Below, one piece after another: positions 37,283 to 47,728 of a stretch of 57,741 bases of DNA. The position numbers and the translations under genes were made by a program. Origin of the DNA: an uncultured Chloroflexota bacterium (GTDB lineage Bacteria; Chloroflexota; Limnocylindria; Limnocylindrales; Limnocylindraceae). Where the stretch lies: positions 1-57,741 of the forward strand of contig CAIPEX010000025.1 of NCBI GenBank assembly GCA_903864185.1. The letters run 5' to 3'. Position 1 is the first letter of the stretch; the number at the start of each line of letters is the position of its first letter. The notes under the pieces were generated by a model. It saw only the letters and a list, made by a program, of their open reading frames with translations. It made no database searches and was not told the origin of the DNA.

Positions 37283-40200
37283 ATGCGTAACCGCCGAGCA
37301 CACAACCCACGCAATCTCGCGGCCTTGCTCCTTCTCGCGGTGGCCTTGATTGCTCCAGCCCCCGCTACTGCGCAGAACAAGCGGCATGGGAGCCGGCCAC
37401 ATCCGGCTGGAACCGCTACCCCAATCAACGTGCACAGCATCCGCGGTGGTGCTGATGCAAACGGCACGGTTCACGTCATCGTGCGCCTCAAGACGCCAGG
37501 GTCGGGTGCCACAGCGGGGAGTGCCGCCATGGGGCGCATTCGCACCCTTGATCGTCAGGCGATGCGCACGACTATTGCACAGCTCGGTGGCACGATTGAC
37601 GCGCAATTCAGCCATATCTACAACGGACTTCGCGTGCACATGCCGATGAAGCGCGTCGAGACGCTCGCTGCAAATCCACGCGTTGCCTCAATCTCACTCG
37701 TCACTCGCTACCAGCGCCCCGCGTTCACATCTGGCGCCATGCGGCCAGCAAATGCCGGTGCCGCCATCGCAGTGCATGCGAGCAGCGTCTGGGCACAGAC
37801 TGCATCAAGATTTACTGGTACGGGCAAGGGTGTTGCAGTGGCCATCGTTGACACTGGAATCGACTACGAGCACCTTGACTTCGGACCAGGCGGGGCCAAC
37901 AACTTCGGCGAAGATGCGAAGGTGATTGGCGGCACCGACCTTGTGGGTGACAACTACGATCCTGGCGCAGGCGGAAGTGCAGATCTCCCCTTCCCTGACG
38001 ACGATCCGAAGGACTGCTCCACAGAACTTGGTGGCGGCCATGGAACGCACGTGGCAGGAACGATTGCCGGCTTTGGAGTTGAATACGACTCAGGCACATC
38101 GTCGTACTCCACCTATACGGGTCGATACGATGCTTCGCTCACGGCGCTCGACCTTGCTTCGATGCACATTGCGCCAGGGATGGCCCCTCGTGCATCACTC
38201 ATTGCGATCCGCGTCTTCGGGTGTAATGGCGCAACAGAGGTTGCTGCCGACGGGATTGAGGCGGCCGTTGCCGCTGGCGCCGACATCATTAACGTATCGC
38301 TCGGCTCACCCTACGGGATCAAGGGCAGCGCCGAGCAAGAGGCGATCGACGCCGCCACTGCTGCAGGCGTAACGGTGGTCGTTGCTGCGGGCAACGAAGG
38401 CGCTGGTGCCTTCTTGGTCGGTTCACCTTCGACTGAGGATGGCGCGCTCAGCGTGGCCGCCCTCGACGATCGCGCAAAGCACCCGGCGGTCAGGTTGATG
38501 CGCCAAGATCTAGCGAGTTGGGTAAGCGTGGGAACCTTCCTCAATACGAATGTCTATGACTTTGGTGGCGACACCTATGAACACACTATCGTCAGCCTCT
38601 TCCAAGATGCTGGGGCGGGTGGCAACCCATCAGAGTATTCACTCGGATGCCCATCTACGGGTGATGACGGCTCCCCGTATGTTCAAGACTGGGATACGTC
38701 GCGATCAGATTTGTCAGGCACGATCGTGATCATCCGTCGTGGCGAATGCACATTCAAAGAGAAGGTTGACGCGATGCTGGTAAAAGGCGTTGCAGGAGTG
38801 ATCATCTTGCAGAAGCAGGACCTCATCGTAGATGACCCTGAGGCATACCCTCCATTCCTTGGGGCTGAGTATCCGACCAGCAACATCCCTGTGCTCATGG
38901 CTAACGGTGATACTGAAACCGCACTCGTGAGTGCGCTTGATGGAGGTCTGGAAGGCAGCCCAAGTCGGCTTGAGCTCTCTCCCGATGGTCTAGCGAATCC
39001 CTACTACCAGACCGTTGCAGAATTCTCATCGGGCGGCCCGCGCTGGGGCGACCTCGCGCTGAAGCCGGAGGTTGCGGCGCCAGGTGTCGACATCGTCTCC
39101 GCAATGTCTGGCAGCGCAGACGGTGCTGCGTGGATGAGCGGCACCTCAATGGCAACGCCAGTGACGGCAGGGGTTGCTGCACTCGTGAAGCAGGCGCACC
39201 CAACATGGGCGCCAGATGCGATCAAGTCGGCAATTATCGGCTCTGCAGAATCGGTAGGCGACGGCATCAGCCTGCGTAGCGTTGGTGCCGGGCGCATCAA
39301 TGCACAGAACGCCGTCGCTGCAGCGGTAACGATCAAGGCGGGACCAAACGCAACCCTGAGTTTCGGCTGGGTGAAGGGCGATGCCCAAGGCACGCTCATC
39401 AAAACCTTGAGCTTTGTTATGACGAATCGAACAATGAAGACAACTAAATCCACACTGCGCGTCGGTGCGGCAGAAGGCTTCGACCTGCCGAGTGGCGTGA
39501 CCCTTGCCATCTATAACGGCACAAAGAGGCTCAAGTCGAGCACAAAGATCAGCCTCGCCAAGGGGAAGAGCGTCACGCTCACCGTGACGCTCACTGCGAG
39601 TGTTGCAGCACAAAACGCCTTCCAGGGACTCACGAATGAGGATGAGGGTGACACGGCGGACTGGGCACTCGGCGGCACGCTTAATGCACTCGTGCACGTC
39701 GACACGCCAAAAAAGCCATCACTCCGCCTCCCGGTGTTCGCCGTCCTGCGCCATACAGAGGCGTTCACGTTCGAACCAACCCTTACTGAGTTTGGCCCGG
39801 GAATCAGTTACACGAGCACCACTGGGACAGCAAGCGCAAATACGACGGTTGAGGCCTACACCTGGATCGGTCACGACAGCAGAGAGCGCATTGCCAATGG
39901 GGCAGACCTTCGTGACCTTGGCTTCAATGCGTGGGTAGCGAGCGACTGGTCGATGTTCTCTCACGATATGGGAGCACTTGATCTGCTCCTTACAAGCTAC
40001 ACGCCATCGTGGAACCAGGCACTGAACGAATACGACATCGAGTTCGACCTTAACCAGGATGGTTCTACCGATGTGAGCATTGTCATCGGAGACTATGGAT
40101 ACTTATTCAGTGGATACGCAGATGGCACACTCGGCTGCCTCTACGTTGACTATTTTGGCTGGGTAAATAATCAGTTGCCTGGGGGCACCTACGATGGTGG

Positions 40201-40669
40201 TGCCGAGGGGATCTGCTCCGCCTCTGCAGATCCTGGCAGCTCTGCACTGCGTGTGCACTTGGACGATCTCTACTATTTCGTGAACGATGACGGGAATTTT
40301 GGAGGGATCCCGGAGATTCCATTCACCATCACGAGCTATAACGGTGGTGGTTGGGATTACGATCAGTTTGGCTCCATGGGTAATCCATTTGTGATCAACG
40401 TTGAGTCGATTACAGAAGCGACGGGGTCGATTCCTTCTGGCAGTACACCCGAATGGACTAACCCCGGTCTTGAGGTTATTGCAGAAAGCACAACAGGGGA
40501 GGGTGGTGGTTTCTACATGGCGTATCGTGGCAGTCAATATTATGGTAATACCGATACGGGATACATCGATTCAACCTGCACGCCAAGCCTCGGATGGATC
40601 CTGCGAAATCCGTACGGTGTTGATACGGCGTCAGAAACGTACGAGGTCTATCTTCCCTTACCGAACTAA
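37283..40669 (+). CDS. Secreted S8 subtilase (Vpr-like) with propeptide, PA domain and long C-terminal extension
   Basis: Signal peptide, VDTGID, GHGTHVAG, AAGNEG, SGTSMATP; PA motif IRRGECTF. Confidence 0.9.
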   Translation: MRNRRAHNPRNLAALLLLAVALIAPAPATAQNKRHGSRPHPAGTATPINVHSIRGGADANGTVHVIVRLKTPGSGATAGSAAMGRIRTLDRQAMRTTIAQLGGTIDAQFSHIYNGLRVHMPMKRVETLAANPRVASISLVTRYQRPAFTSGAMRPANAGAAIAVHASSVWAQTASRFTGTGKGVAVAIVDTGIDYEHLDFGPGGANNFGEDAKVIGGTDLVGDNYDPGAGGSADLPFPDDDPKDCSTELGGGHGTHVAGTIAGFGVEYDSGTSSYSTYTGRYDASLTALDLASMHIAPGMAPRASLIAIRVFGCNGATEVAADGIEAAVAAGADIINVSLGSPYGIKGSAEQEAIDAATAAGVTVVVAAGNEGAGAFLVGSPSTEDGALSVAALDDRAKHPAVRLMRQDLASWVSVGTFLNTNVYDFGGDTYEHTIVSLFQDAGAGGNPSEYSLGCPSTGDDGSPYVQDWDTSRSDLSGTIVIIRRGECTFKEKVDAMLVKGVAGVIILQKQDLIVDDPEAYPPFLGAEYPTSNIPVLMANGDTETALVSALDGGLEGSPSRLELSPDGLANPYYQTVAEFSSGGPRWGDLALKPEVAAPGVDIVSAMSGSADGAAWMSGTSMATPVTAGVAALVKQAHPTWAPDAIKSAIIGSAESVGDGISLRSVGAGRINAQNAVAAAVTIKAGPNATLSFGWVKGDAQGTLIKTLSFVMTNRTMKTTKSTLRVGAAEGFDLPSGVTLAIYNGTKRLKSSTKISLAKGKSVTLTVTLTASVAAQNAFQGLTNEDEGDTADWALGGTLNALVHVDTPKKPSLRLPVFAVLRHTEAFTFEPTLTEFGPGISYTSTTGTASANTTVEAYTWIGHDSRERIANGADLRDLGFNAWVASDWSMFSHDMGALDLLLTSYTPSWNQALNEYDIEFDLNQDGSTDVSIVIGDYGYLFSGYADGTLGCLYVDYFGWVNNQLPGGTYDGGAEGICSASADPGSSALRVHLDDLYYFVNDDGNFGGIPEIPFTITSYNGGGWDYDQFGSMGNPFVINVESITEATGSIPSGSTPEWTNPGLEVIAESTTGEGGGFYMAYRGSQYYGNTDTGYIDSTCTPSLGWILRNPYGVDTASETYEVYLPLPN

Positions 40670-42669
40670 CGGTTAGCGCGAAGCCAGGAGAGCACCTCGG
40701 CCATGGCGCGGCAGTCGACCTCGTTATAGGCGGCTACCGCGCGGATGAAGTCGTAATCCGTCAATCCTGTACTCGTGCTCGCGGCGCGGTGCTCCGCCTC
40801 ATAGGCGGCGGCCATCGCACCGAGGCCATCTGCAGGGCCATCCGACCAGACGGTTGCGATGAGACCGGCCTGGTGCATCGCCTTGGCAATCGACTTCAGG
40901 CCAAAGCCCCACGCGCCCGTCACTCCAACTGGCACGCGGTGCACGAGCTGATCGAGGGCATCAAACCAGCCGAGCTCCTCAGGTAGGCGCCAGTCGGGAT
41001 GACGATCGGCCGCACAGTTGTAGGAGTTCGAGAGGAGATTCGGCTCCGCTGGCGACCAGTGCACGATCCGCGCGGCCGACCAGTCGAGCCCGAGTGAGCG
41101 TCGCCATGCGTCCATGTAGGCGCGCCAGTCATCGAGCACCTCGCGCTCACCAGAGAGCGAGAGGCGCGACGCGGTCCACTGCCCAAATGGTCCATCTACT
41201 GGGGCGTGACCGGCAACCGCACCCGCAGCCTGGGCCACGGCAATCTCACTAGCTGTTGGTGGCCGCCCGTCGACTTGCACGAGGCAGCCAACCTGGAAGA
41301 TGCAAACGTTTCCGCCAACTGCAGGGAGTTGAAGGAAATCATCGTCGAGATTCTGCGTGTTCTCAAAGTCGACACAGAACTCGAGTTTCCATGGCGCACG
41401 CCAGACCTGCTCCTGATCGGGCGGAAGTGCGATGCGCTCGGGAATAACCGCTCGCTCTGGATGAGCAGCAACATCGCGCACCCGTTCCGGACTATTTGCC
41501 TCGAGGACGAGTGCGAGGCGACGCGGTCGAACATCACCACCAACACCGAGTAGCTCAGGGGTGAGGCCACCCGTGTCGCGGCGCATGATGCCCTTCGCAA
41601 TGGCGGCATCGCGCAACTCTGGTCCAACTCCTGGAAGCGCGGTGAGCTCGCCAATCTCGCGAGCAATCTTCGACTTTGCGCTACTCCACGGCGCATCTTC
41701 GCCTGAGCCGAGGTTCGGATAGAGCTCGGGGCGCGTTGGCCGCGGAAGTGCATCCCAGCTCGCCCCCTCGGCACGAACAAGTCGCATCCACTCAATCGCT
41801 CGCGCGACATCGTCAACGAGTGGGAGGGCACCGTCGCGTGTTGCCTCGCGCTCGACGGGGACGCGCCCAAGGCGCTCGAGCGCACCACCGCCGCGCTGCT
41901 TCTGATTCACCCAGTTGCGACCGAGCAAGAACGCGTCGGGTGGGCAGTAGCCCTGGATACGCGCCACGGCGGCCGTGTAGACGAGCACCTGGCCCGCATA
42001 GTGCCGATGCGCGTTGGAGGCGAGGCCGCTCGTGGTGATGTCGAGCGTCGAGAACTTCACGTCGATGACAACGTAGTGCCAGGGTGGAACAGCCCCGTGA
42101 TCGCTCGCCAGGCCAGGCGCGGGAGCCTCTGCCTCACCCGCGCCGAGCGTGCCGGGGAAGAGGCGCTCGAGCGCGTCGCTCCGCACAAGAAGATCGATCG
42201 ATCCATAGGTGCGGTCTTCGGGGTTTCGAACGACCGCCTGCTCGATCATCTCGACGCCGGCACGCATTGCCTCAAACGTCTCGACCGCCGACTCCAAGCG
42301 TAGTGCCGCCTCCCAGCCGCCACCAATCACCGTATGTGATGCAACCTTCGGCTCAAGGAGGCGGAAAATCCCCTCTTCAAACTCCGACCCCTTGCGAAAG
42401 AGGAGCGCGGTCAGATCGTACGGACTCGGTGGCACGGCGTCCGCGCCCTCATCTTTCACGAATCCTTTCGCTGCGCCGTGCGCATGGAGCCAATCAAGCA
42501 GTGGATCACGCCGCAACCAGTTGCGCGTCTTCGACGCCGACACCCAGTCGCGCCATGCGGCACGATCTCCAGGTGCAGGATTCAGTGTCTCTCCGCGATC
42601 GTTCGTCGTAAGCGCGGCGCGACCCTGTACAGGAATGTTGCCGGCGCGATACTGGCGCATCTCTCCCAT
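40666..42669 (-). CDS. TM0106-like nuclease: PD-(D/E)XK domain, HhH and RNase H-like/DEDD domain
   Basis: GSIDLLVRSD...VIDVKFS, LPGVGP, VDFEN, GLKSIAK, YNEVDC. Confidence 0.75.
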   Translation of the reverse strand: MGEMRQYRAGNIPVQGRAALTTNDRGETLNPAPGDRAAWRDWVSASKTRNWLRRDPLLDWLHAHGAAKGFVKDEGADAVPPSPYDLTALLFRKGSEFEEGIFRLLEPKVASHTVIGGGWEAALRLESAVETFEAMRAGVEMIEQAVVRNPEDRTYGSIDLLVRSDALERLFPGTLGAGEAEAPAPGLASDHGAVPPWHYVVIDVKFSTLDITTSGLASNAHRHYAGQVLVYTAAVARIQGYCPPDAFLLGRNWVNQKQRGGGALERLGRVPVEREATRDGALPLVDDVARAIEWMRLVRAEGASWDALPRPTRPELYPNLGSGEDAPWSSAKSKIAREIGELTALPGVGPELRDAAIAKGIMRRDTGGLTPELLGVGGDVRPRRLALVLEANSPERVRDVAAHPERAVIPERIALPPDQEQVWRAPWKLEFCVDFENTQNLDDDFLQLPAVGGNVCIFQVGCLVQVDGRPPTASEIAVAQAAGAVAGHAPVDGPFGQWTASRLSLSGEREVLDDWRAYMDAWRRSLGLDWSAARIVHWSPAEPNLLSNSYNCAADRHPDWRLPEELGWFDALDQLVHRVPVGVTGAWGFGLKSIAKAMHQAGLIATVWSDGPADGLGAMAAAYEAEHRAASTSTGLTDYDFIRAVAAYNEVDCRAMAEVLSWLRANR

Positions 42670-42671
42670 CG

Positions 42672-43589
42672 TTATGGTGCTCGCGTGATGAGCGCCACGC
42701 CACCGAGAAGCAGGAGTGCACCCGCAGCGAGTCCGGCATCGAGCGGCTCGTGGAGAAGCCCGACGCCGAGCAATGCGGCAACGAGCGGCTGCAAGAAGAG
42801 GATCCCCGCAGCAGTCCGCGGCGGCGCCGCAGCATATCCGCGATACCAGCTGCTCCAGCCGATTGCTGTTGCGCCAATACCGAGATAGGCGATCCCGGCG
42901 AGCGTTGCAGGCTCCGTTGCGGCGCGCAGGTCGATGCCGCGCACAGCGAGTTCAATCGCGGCGAAAGGCACGATGAGTGGAAGTGAGATCGTCGCGGTGA
43001 GGGCGATGGCGCGACGGGCACCGATAGCAGCAACGATCGGTCGGCCGAGGCTCGAGTAGAGCGCCCAGGTTGCGCCTGCGCCGATGAGCATGCCGACGCC
43101 AAGGAGGCGGCTCGTATTGAGCGGGGTGGCGACGATCGATGCTTCGAGCGCGCCGCTCGCGCGGAGGGCGAGCACGGCAACGCCGAGTGTTGCCACGACG
43201 ATCCCAAGCCAGGCGCGCGGTGCGATCGGCTCGCCTTCGCGTGCACGCCCAAAAAGCAAGACGAAGACGGGGGTCGACATCGTCACTACCGCCCCCTCAA
43301 CTCCAGACGTGAGCGAGGTGCCGCCAAACTGCAAGAGCATGGAGGTCGCGCCAACTGCTGCAGCGATCACCGTCGCACGATGCGGCGCGAGGTTCCACCC
43401 ACTCGACTCGCCGCGCAGTCGTCCGAACAGCGTGAGCACGCCAACCCCGAGTGCGAGGCGTAGGAGGGTGAGGGTGGCAGGCGGCACCGCCGAGAAAACT
43501 GCCGCCGAGACAACGTAGAGGCCACCCCAGAGCGCAGCGGCAAGAGCAAGATCGGCTACGGCGGAGGGGCTTGCCTGGCGTTGCTGCAT
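42672..43589 (-). CDS. DMT/EamA transporter
   Basis: LWG, ~10 TM segments, LQPLVA..LG..LLHE; ATG 43589 after TAGACT. Confidence 0.85.
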   Translation of the reverse strand: MQQRQASPSAVADLALAAALWGGLYVVSAAVFSAVPPATLTLLRLALGVGVLTLFGRLRGESSGWNLAPHRATVIAAAVGATSMLLQFGGTSLTSGVEGAVVTMSTPVFVLLFGRAREGEPIAPRAWLGIVVATLGVAVLALRASGALEASIVATPLNTSRLLGVGMLIGAGATWALYSSLGRPIVAAIGARRAIALTATISLPLIVPFAAIELAVRGIDLRAATEPATLAGIAYLGIGATAIGWSSWYRGYAAAPPRTAAGILFLQPLVAALLGVGLLHEPLDAGLAAGALLLLGGVALITRAP

Positions 43590-43642
43590 CTCGTGCAGTC
43601 TAGCGGTGTGCATTCATCCTGCGCAGCGCTACGATGCGTTGT

Positions 43643-44356
43643 ATGAACGTACGACTTGACGAGACACTGCGTGCCCCAGCCTTCACCCCCGCAGGTGACA
43701 AACGCGCCGTCTACGAAACCTACGGAACCTCGTTCCTCACCTACCTCGCACGTCGAGCTGCGAAGACGCAGATCCTCGTCCCGCTCGCTACGCTCCTCGC
43801 TCGAGGGCGACCCGGCGGCCCAGAGACGGCAGCGGCACTTGCCTGCCTCGCCTACTACGCTGCTGCGGCGTCAACAACCTACGGAACGGGCTATCGACAG
43901 CCGAGCTTCGTTAATGAGGAGGAGGCGCACGAACGCGACCGAGAGACTGGTGTCGACATCACTGCCATCAATCTGGGGAAGGGGCGTGAGATCGCTGCAG
44001 AGATTCGTGCCCTCATTCCTCGAATCGGCATGTATACGAGTCGCGAGCGCGTGCTCGGGACAACGATTGGCTTGCGGGGTCTCGGCATGCCAGCGCCATC
44101 CACATTCACCTTTGCGGTGAGTAGTGAGGGGCGCCGCGCGGGCCTGGTGGAGTGGAGCGCCTCAGCGCGCGGCACCATCGTCACCGAGCTTGCCCCTCTG
44201 CTCAACAGGAGCCGGATCCGGGCCTACGGCGGGCTCGACCTGAGCGGCAGCGACGGGAGCCGCGGCAGCGCCACCCTCACGCGCGATGGGGCGTGCGAGA
44301 TCCGTATCGTCGATGCGAATGGGAACGCGATCCACCTGAAGGCCCCCCTCAAGTAG
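43643..44356 (+). CDS. Hypothetical protein
   Basis: Long ORF with TACGAT -10 seven nt before the ATG. Confidence 0.55.
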   Translation: MNVRLDETLRAPAFTPAGDKRAVYETYGTSFLTYLARRAAKTQILVPLATLLARGRPGGPETAAALACLAYYAAAASTTYGTGYRQPSFVNEEEAHERDRETGVDITAINLGKGREIAAEIRALIPRIGMYTSRERVLGTTIGLRGLGMPAPSTFTFAVSSEGRRAGLVEWSASARGTIVTELAPLLNRSRIRAYGGLDLSGSDGSRGSATLTRDGACEIRIVDANGNAIHLKAPLK

Positions 44357-44380
44357 CGCGACTCGTGGCACCATAGGCAG

Positions 44381-45676
44381 ATGATCATCGCCAAGCGGCC
44401 AGCACCTCTCGACCCCGCCCGCATCGCTGCCGTACGCCGCCCGTTCGACGAAGCAGACATGTTCCCGCCGCAGGTCTTCCACGACGCGGCGCTCTTTGCC
44501 TGGGAGTCTGAAGAGATCTTCCGTCACGAGTGGCGCTGTGTTGGCCGCGATGAGGAGACGCCGAATGTCGGCTCGTATCGCCTCCTCGAGTTTGCTGGCG
44601 AGCAGGTCATCATCTCGCGCGGCGAGGACATGCAACTGCACGCCTTCATCAACGCGTGCCGACACCGCGGAGCGACGCTTATCGAAGGACCCGCCGACGG
44701 GAGGTCCGACTGTGGCGAGGCGAAGAAGATCGTCTGTCCGTATCACGCCTGGGTGTATGGGCCAGACGGGAAGCTACAGAAGGCGAAGCACACCGAAGAT
44801 CTGAAGCGCTTCAATCCGGGCGACTACGACCTCGTGCCGTTGCGGTGCGAAACGTGGCAGGGATTTGTCTTCCTCACCCTCGACACAGATGCGGAGCCGC
44901 TCCTCACCTACCTTGATGATCTCGTCGACGTATTCTCGCGCTTTAACTTTGCACCACTGCGACGCGCGAAGCGCGAGGTGTACGAGGTTGCAGCGAACTG
45001 GAAGATCCTCGTCGAAAATTATTCTGAGTGTTATCACTGCCCTGGAGTGCACCCACAACTGAATGCGCTCACCCCCTACGACCTTGGCGAAGATATTCCG
45101 GCGCGCGGTTGGTGGAAGGGTGGCTGGCAGCCACTGGTCGGCGAGGCACTCACCATGGGTCTCGACAAGGGCTCACACGAGCGACCATGGCTGCACGGGA
45201 TGACCGAGACCGACGCGAAGCGGATCCAGTACTTCGCCGTCTGGCCGAATCTCCTCCTCTCACTCCATCCCGACTACCTCATGGTGCACATGATCGAACC
45301 GCTTGGGCCGGGGCAATCGCGGGTGGTGTGCGACTGGTATCTCCACCCCGACACGATGAAGCGCCCCGACTACGACTTCTCCGATGCGCACGGGTTCTGG
45401 GATATGACAAACCGCCAGGACTGGCACGTCTGTGAGCTGCAGCAGCGCGGCACCGCATCCCAACAACTTCCACCAGGGCGCTACACCGAGCTCGAGGCGA
45501 GCGTGCAGGCGTTCGACCTGATGGTTGCCGATCGATATGCCGCCGACGGCGTGCGCACCGCTCGCGGTTGGGCGGCTGGTCTTGCGCCAGGCGACATGGA
45601 GGGGATCGACTTCTCCGACCGGCAGGCGGCGCGGGCGGCGATCGCTGCAAAACTTGCGGCGGCCGAACTCCCCTAA
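44381..45676 (+). CDS. Rieske non-heme iron oxygenase alpha subunit (GbcA/CntA/choline-monooxygenase-like)
   Basis: NACRHRG, CPYHAW, NWK..ENYSECYHCPGVHP, NRQD. Confidence 0.88.
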   Translation: MIIAKRPAPLDPARIAAVRRPFDEADMFPPQVFHDAALFAWESEEIFRHEWRCVGRDEETPNVGSYRLLEFAGEQVIISRGEDMQLHAFINACRHRGATLIEGPADGRSDCGEAKKIVCPYHAWVYGPDGKLQKAKHTEDLKRFNPGDYDLVPLRCETWQGFVFLTLDTDAEPLLTYLDDLVDVFSRFNFAPLRRAKREVYEVAANWKILVENYSECYHCPGVHPQLNALTPYDLGEDIPARGWWKGGWQPLVGEALTMGLDKGSHERPWLHGMTETDAKRIQYFAVWPNLLLSLHPDYLMVHMIEPLGPGQSRVVCDWYLHPDTMKRPDYDFSDAHGFWDMTNRQDWHVCELQQRGTASQQLPPGRYTELEASVQAFDLMVADRYAADGVRTARGWAAGLAPGDMEGIDFSDRQAARAAIAAKLAAAELP

Positions 45677-45692
45677 CCGCTTCGTCGAACCT

Positions 45693-46862
45693 CTAGCTGT
45701 TCGGCTCGCCCATGTCGCCCATCGGACTTGATGGTCCGCCTGCGCGATTGCGCAGTGCAAAGCGACGATCTGGTAGAACGAGCGGATCGCGATGGAGTGC
45801 GGCGCGCGCCACCATCTCGCCAACCGCAGGGCCTTGCTTATAGCCGTGCCCGGAGCCGCCGCCCGCAAGCCACACCTGCGGGTTATCTGGATGTTGGTCG
45901 AGGACGTAGTGCCCACTCTTCGTGCGTTCATGCTGGCAGGCACGGCTCTCGCGAATCGGTGCATCGCTCAATCGCGGGAAGCGCACGGCGCAACTTCGAG
46001 CGCGCTCAATTGATCCAGGATGTGCAGCATCGGGCCATTCGCTCGGATTGAAACTTCCGTTGTCGAACTCTGGTCCAACCTTTGTGCCGTGTCCGCGCTC
46101 GTCGGGAATCCCCCAGACGGCGAGCCCCTCGTCGATCCACGTAGGAATCTCACCGAGCCCCATCCCTGGCGCATCAAAGTAGATTGCATCGCGGCGCGTT
46201 GGCACGATCGACGCTTCTGCGTCGGCGCCAACCAGTGCCGGGAAGAGTGTCGGTAGCCACGGTCCAGCGGCCCATACCGTTGCCCCAGCGGAAATTGGCG
46301 CACCGCTCTCATCGAGTGCGGTGCCATCGGCTGCGGGCGTCGCGCGACCGCGAATAATCTCGCCGCCCTCTTCACGCAGTGCGCGGGCAGCTGCACGCAC
46401 GCCATCACCGGCGCGCAGGAATCCCGCCGTCGGCTCGAGCAGCACGTAGCGCACATGGTCTCCAGCGACTGCGGGCCAACGGCGAAGCGCCTCGTCGACC
46501 GTGAGTCGCTCGCATGGGACGCCGGCTTCGCGCATGCGCAGTTCCGACGAGCCCTCCCAGACGCCTGTGCCAGAGACAAACCAGGCGACACCGGTATTCA
46601 CGAAGATCTCCTCGCCCACCTGCGCCCCGAGCTCTTTCCACGCGGCGAGTGAGCGCTGGGCCCAACTGAGCAAGAGTGTGTCCTCGCCGTGCGAGTGGCG
46701 AATGATGCGGCTGTGATCGCCAGAGGTGGTCTGCGGATGCCCTGGCTCGCGCTCTTCAATAAGTTGGACACTCGCGCCGAGCCGGCGCGCCTGTAGTGCC
46801 GTCCAGGTTCCCCAGACGCCGCCGCCAACCACGAGAAGGTCGGGGGTGCCGCCCTTCTTCAT
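45693..46862 (-). CDS. FAD-dependent N-methyl amino acid oxidase (monomeric sarcosine oxidase-like)
   Basis: VVGGGVWG, TSGDHSRIIR, RACQH (candidate FAD-linked Cys), GGSGHGYK. Confidence 0.8.
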   Translation of the reverse strand: MKKGGTPDLLVVGGGVWGTWTALQARRLGASVQLIEEREPGHPQTTSGDHSRIIRHSHGEDTLLLSWAQRSLAAWKELGAQVGEEIFVNTGVAWFVSGTGVWEGSSELRMREAGVPCERLTVDEALRRWPAVAGDHVRYVLLEPTAGFLRAGDGVRAAARALREEGGEIIRGRATPAADGTALDESGAPISAGATVWAAGPWLPTLFPALVGADAEASIVPTRRDAIYFDAPGMGLGEIPTWIDEGLAVWGIPDERGHGTKVGPEFDNGSFNPSEWPDAAHPGSIERARSCAVRFPRLSDAPIRESRACQHERTKSGHYVLDQHPDNPQVWLAGGGSGHGYKQGPAVGEMVARAALHRDPLVLPDRRFALRNRAGGPSSPMGDMGEPNS

Positions 46863-46864
46863 GG

Positions 46865-47728
46865 CTACTTCTTTGTGCCGAGCGTTCGGAAGCGGGCGAG
46901 GAAGTCGCGTGTGCGCTGATCTTGCGGCGCGTCGATCACCTGCTCTGGTGGCCCAACCTCGACAAATTCGCCCTGGTCCATGTAGTAGACGCGGTCTGCC
47001 GCCTCGTGGGCGAAGTCCATCTCATGCGTGACGACGATCATCGTTCGCCCCTCGTGGGCGAGGTCGGCCATCACCTTGAGCACCTCGCCGACAAGCGTCG
47101 GGTCGAGTGCACTCGTCGGCTCGTCAAAGAGGAGGACCTTCGGCTGCATCGTGAGCGCGCGAGCGATCGCGACACGCTGCCGCTGTCCGCCCGAGAGTCG
47201 CGATGGATACTCGTCGCGCTTATCGAGCAGGCCGACCTTCTCGAGGTACTTCTCGGCGATCGCCTCCGCCTCTTTTCGCGCCATCCCCTTCACGAGGATT
47301 GGCGCCTCAATGCAGTTGCCAATCACGCTCAAGTGTGGGAAGAGATTGAACTCCTGAAAGACCATGCCTGCGCGCATGCGCAGCTCGCGAATGCGCTCGG
47401 CGCGATCCTTCCCCTCGGTATGGAACGGGTCTGCATTAACGACAACGCCGTCGATCTCTACGCGGCCGTCGGTTGGGTCTTCGAGGAAGTTCAGGCTGCG
47501 CAAGAAGGTGCTCTTCCCCGAGCCAGAGCGGCCGAGAATGCAGACCGTCTCGCCTGGCCACACCGTGATCGATGCGCCACGCAGTACATGGTTGTCACCG
47601 AACCATTTGGCAATCCGTGTGGCCTGCAAGACTGGCCCTGCGCCTGCCTTCACAAGCACGCCAGGCTTTTCTGCGGGGTGGAGCTGGTGTGGCTCTGCTG
47701 CGCCGCGCAAGTCGATCGGCTTGCTCAT
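46865..47728 (-). CDS. Polar amino acid ABC transporter ATPase
   Basis: GRSGSGKST, LSGGQ, FDEPTSALDP, VTHEM. Confidence 0.93.
   Translation of the reverse strand: MSKPIDLRGAAEPHQLHPAEKPGVLVKAGAGPVLQATRIAKWFGDNHVLRGASITVWPGETVCILGRSGSGKSTFLRSLNFLEDPTDGRVEIDGVVVNADPFHTEGKDRAERIRELRMRAGMVFQEFNLFPHLSVIGNCIEAPILVKGMARKEAEAIAEKYLEKVGLLDKRDEYPSRLSGGQRQRVAIARALTMQPKVLLFDEPTSALDPTLVGEVLKVMADLAHEGRTMIVVTHEMDFAHEAADRVYYMDQGEFVEVGPPEQVIDAPQDQRTRDFLARFRTLGTKK

Noticed and set aside
34818-42669. Four-gene defence island of WYL, HD, S8 protease and nuclease
   Set aside because: The S8 protein has a signal peptide, propeptide and PA domain (secreted nutritional type), no AAA partner, and the nuclease is on the opposite strand
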